Shown here: one piece after another, positions 56,849-64,000 of the stretch
How the letters are laid out: each line of letters starts with the position of its first letter
Position numbering within the stretch: position 1 is the first letter of the stretch
The notes under the pieces: model-generated
What the model was told of the DNA's origin: nothing
Database searches by the model: none
What the model saw: the letters and a program-made list of their open reading frames with translations, nothing else
Position numbers and translations under genes: made by a program
Source: an uncultured Actinomycetes bacterium
GTDB lineage: Bacteria > Actinomycetota > Acidimicrobiia > Spongiisociales > DATADW01
Direction: 5' to 3'
Assembly (NCBI GenBank): GCA_963824995.1
Contig: CAWGRK010000006.1
Location: 132,273-196,272, forward strand
DNA length: 64,000 nucleotides

Positions 56849-58696
56849 GGCCGGTGCGCTGTCCTCGAAGCTGGTTGCGATGTGGGTCGGCAAGGACACG
56901 CACGGCGGCGTGCCCAGCCAACCCCGACCCGATCTGCCGCCTCCCCTGCACTGGCGGCTCGAGGCGATCGCTGCCACAGAACGCCCCCATCACCTCGCCC
57001 TCTCGCCCGACGGCGCCACCGTCGCCTTCGCCCTCGATCGCGAGACGTCCGACATGTGGTCGGTGCCCGTCACCGGGGGGACCGCCCGACGGTTGAGCGT
57101 GGATCGGATCCCCCATGCCTACTGGGAGGACACCACCCCGGTATGGTCACCCGACGGGAGTCGCCTCGCCTATGTGGACGACGGAATGCTCTGCATCGTC
57201 CCCGGTGGTGGCGGGCCCGGCCAACGTCTGGTGGAAGCGGGCGATCCGCATTGGTTGGACGAGAACCGGATGATCGTCACCGTCGATCGGGATCGGCATT
57301 CCCGTTTCGCCTGGCTCGACCCTGACGACTCGTGGCCGCAGCCATTCGGACCTTCCGATGGCGATGTCGGCGAACTGTCGCTCTCCCCGGACCGGTCGTG
57401 GGCGGTGTTCACCTTCTACCCGCCGTCCGACCGCAAGCGAAGCGACATCTGGAGGGTCGAGTTGGCGGACGGCGCCTCCCGCCGCCTCAGCGGCACCCCC
57501 GGCTACCAGGAGCGCGGAGCCGCCATCAGCCCGGACGGTTCGACCATCGCCTTCTTGTCCGAACAGCCGGGATGGAACCAGGTCCATCTGATGGCTGCCG
57601 ATGGGTCGGGGAGGCGACAGCTGACCGAGGACCTGGGCAACTTCAGCCAGCTTGCCTGGCATCCCGACGGCGGCTCACTGCGTGGCGACCAGGCACAACT
57701 CCGGGATATGCGACCTGGTCAGCGTCGATGGCACCACGGGCGAGGTCACCGTGATCGGAGTTGGGGGATGGTGGAGCGACCCGGCGTGGACGGCTGACGG
57801 TGCCCTCGTCGCGCTCCATGAGGACCAGCGCACCCCGCCGAGGATCGTCCGCATCGACCGCGACGGATCGATCGCCACACTGCTGCAACCGGCGCCGGCG
57901 GCGGTGATGGCGGCGCCATACGTGGTCCCCGAGGTGGTCAGCTACAAGTCCCTCGATGGTCTCGAGATCCCGGCGTTCCTCTTCAAGCCGGCCGCCGCCG
58001 AGGACAAGCCGGTGGCCGCCATCGTCTATCCCCACGGCGGCCCGACATCGGTCTACGGCGACGAGTGGGACGGTCACGCCCAGTATTTCGTCGAGAAGGG
58101 GTACGCCTGGCTTGCGATCAACTTCAGAGGGAGCGTCGGTTACGGCCTCGAGTTCGAGCGAGCCAACCACGGCGTTTGGGGGGTCAGGGACACCGAGGAC
58201 TGTCTCGCCGCCTACGACTTCCTCGCCTCGCTCGATTGGATCGATCCCCGCCGCATCGGGATATTCGGCGCCAGCTACGGGTCCTACATGGCCCTCTGCT
58301 CGCTGGCAATGGACCCCGAGCACCGCTTCGCCTGCGGGGTGCTCAAGTACGGCGACTGCAACATCCTCACCATCATGGGCCCAGGGCGACCGCGGCGGGG
58401 GCGAGGACCTGGAGCGGATGATGGGTCATCCCGGAGACAACCCCGACGCCTATCGGGCAGGCTCGCCGGTGCACCACCTCGCCGATGTGGAGCGGCCGCT
58501 GCTCATCGCCCACGGCGAGCAGGATGAGCGGGTTCATCTCAAGCAGTCCGAGGAGCTGGTCGAGCACCTCGACAAGCTCGGCAAGACGTACGAGTACGTG
58601 ACCTATCCCACCGAGGGTCACGGGCTGCTCAGAGCGGCGCCCCAGGTGGACTTCTACCGGAGGCTGGAGCGCTTCCTCGACTGGTATTTGATGTAG
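56841..58696 (+). CDS. S9 family peptidase (beta-propeller + catalytic domain), frameshifts at ~57680 and ~58375
   Basis: WSPDG/SPDG repeats, PHGGP, NFRGS.GYG, GASYG, HGEQDERV, EGHG. Confidence 0.9.
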
Positions 58697-58727
58697 CGCC
58701 CGCCGTAGGCGGGGGAAGGGACGATCG

Positions 58728-60512
58728 ATGACAAGGCGGCTCACCACCATGGGGGCGCTGCTCGCCCTGCTGGCTGCATGCGGTACCGGGGGAGATACGA
58801 CGGCGACGACCACGAGCGATGGGACCGCGCCGGCAACGCAGACGACCGCGACCGGCGGGACGGGAACGAGCGGGACCACCGGAGAACCGAGCGACACCAC
58901 CGCATCTGCAAGCGGCGCAACCGGGGGCACGGTGCGCATCGGCTACGGCGGCTCCCCCGACAGCCTCAACCCGGGCCTCGGCCTGCTCGCCGAGGGCTAC
59001 ATCATGTACGAGTTGGTCTACGACACGCCGATAACCATCGACCTCGACGGCAACTACGTTCCCGAACTGGCCGAGGAGTGGTCGGTGTCCGATGACGGGC
59101 TCACCTGGACGCTCGACCTGGTGGAAGGAGCCACGTTCCACGACGGAACGCCGCTCACCGCCGAGGACGTCAAGTACTCGCTCGAGTTGTGGCGGGACCA
59201 CGAGGACTGGGCTTATCTCTCCGCCTACGGAGACGTATTTGAAGATATCCAGGCGCCCGACGAGCAGACGGTCACCATCACCTTGACCAACCCGGTGGGG
59301 AACTTCGAGTCGCGCATGGTGTTCATGTACGTCGTGCCCAAGGCGATCTGGGAGGAGGTCGAGGATCCGGTCGCCTTCGACAACGCCGAGATGATCGGAT
59401 CGGGGCCGTTCAAGCTGGCGGAGTACCGGCAGGGCGAGTTCGTCCGGCTGGAGGCCAACGATGACTACTTTGGGGCACCGCCCAATGTCGATGAGGTGAT
59501 CTTCCAGACGATCCAGAACGCCGACGCGCGGGTCTCGGCGCTGACCACCGGTCAGGCGGACATGATCACCGAGTTCCCGAAGACGGCGGTGGCCACGCTG
59601 CGCAACGACCCCAACATCACGGTCGTGAGTGGAGAGCCCCTGGCGCCCAGCCTGGTCGACATCTTCTTCAACCTGGTCGAACCGGAGCGATGCCCCGAGG
59701 ACGGCGTCTGCAGCGGCCACCCGGCGCTGCGTGACCTGGCGGTGCGCACCGCCCTGGCCCATGCCGTCGACAAGCAGCAGATGATCGACGTGGTCCAGCT
59801 CGGACTCGGGACGCCCGGCCTCTCCCTCCTCGCTCCCGGTTACGGGCCGTACTTCAACTCTGAATTGCAGGACTACGCATTCGACATCGCCGAGGCAAAC
59901 CGGATCCTCGACGAAGCGGGGTACGCCGACGAGGACGGAGACGGCGTACGCGAATGTCTCCCCGATCAGGACTGCGACGACCTCACCTTCAGATTCAATT
60001 TCAACACCGACGCCGACACCGCCCCCCGCGAAGCGGAGCTCCTTTCGGGATGGTGGGCGGAGATCGGCGTGGCCCTCCAGATCCAGGGACTCGACGGCGA
60101 CACTCTGACCTCGGTGTGCTGTCCCGCATTCGACTTCGACATCATCCGTTGGAGCTGGGGAGGGGATCCCGACCCGGCCTTCCTGTTGGGCATCGTGTTG
60201 TGCGATGAGCTGGACACCGGGTTGTCGGAAACGGGCTACTGCAACGAGGAGTACGACCAGCTATACGCCGACCAGGGGATCGAGACCGACCCCGAGGCGC
60301 GCCGCCAGATCATCTGGGAGATGCAGGAGATCCTGATGCGGGACCTCCCCTACATCATCCCCTACTACGACCAGACGGTGCAGGCGTACCGAAACGACAC
60401 CTTCACCGGCTGGCAAGACTCGGCGACCCGCCTCGCCCTCGAGGATCCGACCTCCCTGACCGTCATCCGGCCAGCGAGGTTGATTGGAATGAGGGTGATG
60501 GGTGATGGGTAG
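58728..60512 (+). CDS. Peptide ABC transporter substrate-binding lipoprotein (OppA/DppA family)
   Basis: LAAC lipobox, PELAEEWSVSDDGLTWT, TFHDG, IGSGPF. Confidence 0.92.
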   Translation: MTRRLTTMGALLALLAACGTGGDTTATTTSDGTAPATQTTATGGTGTSGTTGEPSDTTASASGATGGTVRIGYGGSPDSLNPGLGLLAEGYIMYELVYDTPITIDLDGNYVPELAEEWSVSDDGLTWTLDLVEGATFHDGTPLTAEDVKYSLELWRDHEDWAYLSAYGDVFEDIQAPDEQTVTITLTNPVGNFESRMVFMYVVPKAIWEEVEDPVAFDNAEMIGSGPFKLAEYRQGEFVRLEANDDYFGAPPNVDEVIFQTIQNADARVSALTTGQADMITEFPKTAVATLRNDPNITVVSGEPLAPSLVDIFFNLVEPERCPEDGVCSGHPALRDLAVRTALAHAVDKQQMIDVVQLGLGTPGLSLLAPGYGPYFNSELQDYAFDIAEANRILDEAGYADEDGDGVRECLPDQDCDDLTFRFNFNTDADTAPREAELLSGWWAEIGVALQIQGLDGDTLTSVCCPAFDFDIIRWSWGGDPDPAFLLGIVLCDELDTGLSETGYCNEEYDQLYADQGIETDPEARRQIIWEMQEILMRDLPYIIPYYDQTVQAYRNDTFTGWQDSATRLALEDPTSLTVIRPARLIGMRVMGDG

Positions 60513-60576
60513 TGCGTAACGCCGGGTCGGTCGATCCTGCTCTGGCTGCCGTCTGCCGTCCGCCGTCTGCCGTCTG
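60493..60576. repeat. Two adjacent heptamer tandem-repeat tracts
   Basis: GGGTGAT x2 + GGGTAGT (60493-60513) and (CTGCCGT)x4 with one variant (60546-60573). Confidence 0.7.
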
Positions 60577-61582
60577 ATGGGCCGCGGTCGCTACATCCTC
60601 CACAAAGTGGGATGGGCCATCGTGACGGTGCTCGTGGTCATCGTCTTCAACTTCTTTCTCTTCCGGGTGCTCCCCGGCGACCCGGCCCGCTCCGGGGCGC
60701 GCGACCCCAGGCTCACCGAGGAGTCGGTCGAGGCGCTGCGGGAGCGCTTCGGGCTGGACAAGCCGCAATTCCTCGATCTCGACGGGGGAAACCCGTTCGA
60801 CACCCAGTTCTTCGCCTACTTCGGTGCGCTGGCGAGCGGCGACCTGGGGGTCTCCTACGCCTTCTCAGACCAGTCGGTATCCGATCTCCTCGGGCAGGCG
60901 CTGGTCAACACGATCTGGCTGGTGCTCCCCGCCGAGCTCATTGCGATATTCCTCGGGATCCTCCTGGGGTTGCTTGCGGCATGGCGGCGCGGCACCAAGC
61001 TCGATGTCGGAGCGCTCGGGTTCTCGCTGTTCATGTGGTCTCTCCCCACGTTCTTTCTGGGGATCGTCCTGCTCTATGTCGGGTTCGCGCTGGCTCGGTC
61101 TCCCGGTGGCTGGGCGGGTCACTATCGGGGCGTCTTTCACCGACCTCTGGAATCAGATCGGGGATGTGGCAAGCCACCTGTTTCTGCCGACGCTGACCTT
61201 GACCCTGGTGCTGGTGGGCGAGTACATGCTGATCATGCGCAGTTCGGTGGTGGATGTCCTCTCCGAGGACTACATCCTCACCGCCAAGGCGAAAGGGCTG
61301 TCGACCTTCCAGATCATCAAGGACCACGCCTTGAGGAACGCCATGCTCCCCATGGTCACCATCATCGCGCTCAACATCGGGTTCGCCGTGTCCGGTGCGA
61401 TCCAAGTGGAGACAGTGTTCTCGTGGCCCGGCCTGGGCCTGCTCACCGTGCAGGCGGTTGATCAACGCGACTACCCGGTTCTCCAAGGCGCATTCCTGTT
61501 GCTGGCAATAAGCGTCGTGGTGGCCAACCTCTTCGCCGAGCTGATCTACGGGTGGCTCGACCCTCGCATCGAGGAGGCATAG
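60577..61582 (+). CDS. Peptide ABC transporter permease (OppB/DppB), frameshift near 61085
   Basis: LPGDP, FGLDKP, GDLGVS, EDYILTAKAKGL, VETVFSWPGLG, RDYPVLQ. Confidence 0.9.
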
Positions 61583-61584
61583 CG

Positions 61585-62487
61585 ATGCGCCGGTTCCGAC
61601 TCAGCCCGATGGGGATCGTCGGCGTGGCCATGATCCTGCTCACCGTCATCGTGGCGATCTTCGCCGCCGCTGATCGCCCCATACGACCCGTACGCCAATC
61701 GTTCGGGTCACCATCGATGGATATCTACCAGGCCCCCTCCGCCCTTCACTGGCTGGGGACCGACGACGGCGGCAAGGACGTCTTCTCCGCCCTGGTTTAC
61801 GGGTCACGGGTTTCGCTCATCGTCGGGTTTGCCGCCGCCTTCATCGCCTTGGTTGTGGGCGGGACGCTGGGTCTGATCGCCGGGTACTACCGCAAGTTCG
61901 GCGGCGCCATCATGCGGTTCACCGACTTCTTCCTGGTGATACCGGACCTGGCGCTGCTGATCGTGATCGTCGCGGTGATCGGTCGCCAGCCTGGGGAACA
62001 TCATCCTGGTGATCGGATTGCTCGGGTGGACGACGACTGCCCGCCTGGTCCGGTCGCAGACGCTCTCGGTGCGGGAGCGGGGCTACGTCAAGCGGGCGAG
62101 GGCGGTGGGCGCCTCGGACTTCCACATTCTCAGCCGCCACGTCTTCCCGCTCGTGCTCCCACTGATGCTGGCCAACACGGTGCTGGTCATCTCGCTCTCG
62201 ATCCTCTCCGAGTCGACGCTCGCCTTCATCGGTCTCGGGGATCCACTCCTCATCTCGTGGGGCAAGATGCTCAACCTCGCCTTCACCCGCGGCGCGGTCT
62301 CGGCGGGCGCGTGGTGGGCACTGCTCCCGCCGGGTCTCGCCATCGTCTGGGTGGTACTCGGCACCACGCTGCTCGGGACCGCTCTCGAGGAGTTGCTCAA
62401 CCCGAAGCTGATCCGTCATCACCTGGAGAAGGAGCGGCCGCTCAAGGTCGCTCCAGCGGCCCTGGCGCCGTCCCAATCCCGAGTTGA
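61585..62487 (+). CDS. Peptide ABC transporter permease (OppC/DppC), frameshifted
   Basis: HWLGTDDGGKD, YGSRVSL, ARLVRSQTLS..YVKRARAVGAS, ESTLAFIGLG, WW..PPG. Confidence 0.9.
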   Translation: MRRFRLSPMGIVGVAMILLTVIVAIFAAADRPIRPVRQSFGSPSMDIYQAPSALHWLGTDDGGKDVFSALVYGSRVSLIVGFAAAFIALVVGGTLGLIAGYYRKFGGAIMRFTDFFLVIPDLALLIVIVAVIGRQPGEHHPGDRIARVDDDCPPGPVADALGAGAGLRQAGEGGGRLGLPHSQPPRLPARAPTDAGQHGAGHLALDPLRVDARLHRSRGSTPHLVGQDAQPRLHPRRGLGGRVVGTAPAGSRHRLGGTRHHAARDRSRGVAQPEADPSSPGEGAAAQGRSSGPGAVPIPS

Positions 62488-63474
62488 TGCTGGCGGTGCG
62501 GGGTCTCTCCGTCGGTTACGAGTCGCCGGGTGGTGTTCTCACCGCGGTCGAGGACGTCGGGTTCGAACTCCGCCGCGGCGAGGTGCTTGGCCTGGTGGGC
62601 GAGTCGGGTTGCGGCAAGACCACGGCGGTGATGGGTGCCCTCAGGCTGCTCCCCCCGTCGGGGCAGGTCACCGCCGGTGAGGTGCTGTTCGAGGGCCAGG
62701 ACCTCACCCGGCTCGACGCCGACGCCTTGCGGGACCTGAGGTGGAAGCGGCTGGCGGTCGTGTTCCAGGGGGCGATGAATGCCCTCAACCCGGTGCGTCG
62801 GGTTGGAGCACCAGATCACCGAGGCGATTCGGCTCCACGAGCCATCGGTGAGCCAGGCGGCTGCCGACGACCGGGCGAAGCGGCTACTCCAGCGGGTCGG
62901 TATCGGGCCCGAACGGATCAACGACTATCCACACACCCTATCGGGCGGGATGAGACAGCGGGCGATGATCGCCTTGGCCCTGGCATGCGAGCCTTCTCTC
63001 ATAATCGCCGACGAGCCGACCACGGCTCTCGACGTGATGATCCAGGCACAGATCCTGGAACTGCTCGCCGAACTGGTCGACGAGATGGACATGAGCATGA
63101 TCGTCGTCACCCACGACCTCGGCGTGGTTGCGCAGACATGTGACCGCGTCGTGGTGATGTACGGAGGCGTGGTTGCCGAGCAGGGGCTGGTCGCCGAGGT
63201 GTTCGCCTCACCCCGCCACCCCTATACGCAACTGCTGCTCGAGGCATTTCCCGACATGGATCATCCCGACCGACCGCTGGTGGCGATCCCAGGTTCTCCG
63301 CCTCGGCTCAACGAGCTACCTCCCGGATGCCGGTTCGCCCCGCGTTGCCCGTTCGTGTTCGACCGGTGCCGGCACGAGCAGCCTCCGCTCTACTGGGCGG
63401 GCGAATCCAGTGCCGCCTCGTGCTTCCTGTTGGAGGCACCCCTGCAGCCGGTGAATGATGGCGACGATGTCTGA
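62484..63474 (+). CDS. Peptide ABC transporter ATP-binding protein (OppD/DppD), frameshift near 62800
   Basis: [37 protein letters not shown]. Confidence 0.92.
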
Positions 63475-64000
63475 GCGCACGCCCGTCCTCGAGGTGGAGG
63501 ACGTCGCCGTCCAGTTCGCCACCAGCCGCGGCATGTTCGACGGCATGCGACGGCGCCCGGTGCGTGTGGTGCGCGCCGTGGACGGGGTCAGTTTCAGCGT
63601 CGTTCCGGGCGAGGTCCTCGCCGTGGTGGGTGAGTCCGGGTGCGGGAAGACCACGACGGCGAACCTGATACTCGGGCTGATCAAGCCGACGAGGGGACGA
63701 GTCGTGGTTGCCGGTGACGACCTCGCCGTGCTCGACAAGGACGCGATGCGGGCCAAGCGGCGCCGTCTGCAGATGATCTTCCAGGACCCATACGAGTCGC
63801 TCAACCCCCGCATGAGGGTGGCCGACATCGTCGCCGAGCCCCTGAGGGTCCACAAGGTGGCCACCGACCGCGCCGACGAGCGCCACCGGGTGGAGAGGGC
63901 GCTGGTACAGGCTGGACTGAGCCCACCGGATGTCTACTGGGACCGCCGTCCCCACCAGTTGTCGGGTGGACAGAGACAGCGGGTGGTCATCGCCGCCGCC
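63467..64000 (+). CDS. Peptide ABC transporter ATP-binding protein (OppF/DppF), runs off the window edge
   Basis: [50 protein letters not shown]. Confidence 0.9.
   Translation, partial: MSERTPVLEVEDVAVQFATSRGMFDGMRRRPVRVVRAVDGVSFSVVPGEVLAVVGESGCGKTTTANLILGLIKPTRGRVVVAGDDLAVLDKDAMRAKRRRLQMIFQDPYESLNPRMRVADIVAEPLRVHKVATDRADERHRVERALVQAGLSPPDVYWDRRPHQLSGGQRQRVVIAAA

Overview
High-GC chromosomal segment, most likely from an actinobacterium of the Acidimicrobiia type (inferred from F420-dependent enzymes, Thr-rich lipoproteins, leaderless starts and an actinobacterial AraC-VOC-DUF1801-UvrA2 block). It holds about 58 CDS for housekeeping, transport and catabolism. No rRNA, tRNA, CRISPR array, integrase or transposase was recognised. 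About 15 genes carry single-base frameshifts, probably long-read indel errors. Highlights not in the ORF track: (1) a tandem regulatory leader at 42.06-42.45 kb: promoter, SAM-I/IV-type riboswitch, then an unannotated 34-aa Cys-rich leader peptide whose Cys codons are complementary to the Shine-Dalgarno of the downstream one-Cys OsmC-family gene, followed by metY. This suggests a dual SAM/cysteine sensor. (2) A BCP/PrxQ peroxiredoxin with an in-frame UGA at the peroxidatic position and a SECIS-like hairpin, i.e. a selenoprotein (53595-54053). (3) A XerCD dif site at 31837-31864 with a degenerate copy 84 bp away. (4) A PafBC/RecA-NDp-type promoter before a short SSB paralog. (5) A 57-bp palindromic dispersed repeat at 7.3 and 46.4 kb. 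(6) Unusual architectures: degenerate STAND-TPR-TM-PQQ propeller, Pnkp-like kinase fused to an LLM, and an SBP + SBP-VWA + membrane coiled-coil operon. All family calls are from motif recognition; no database search was run.
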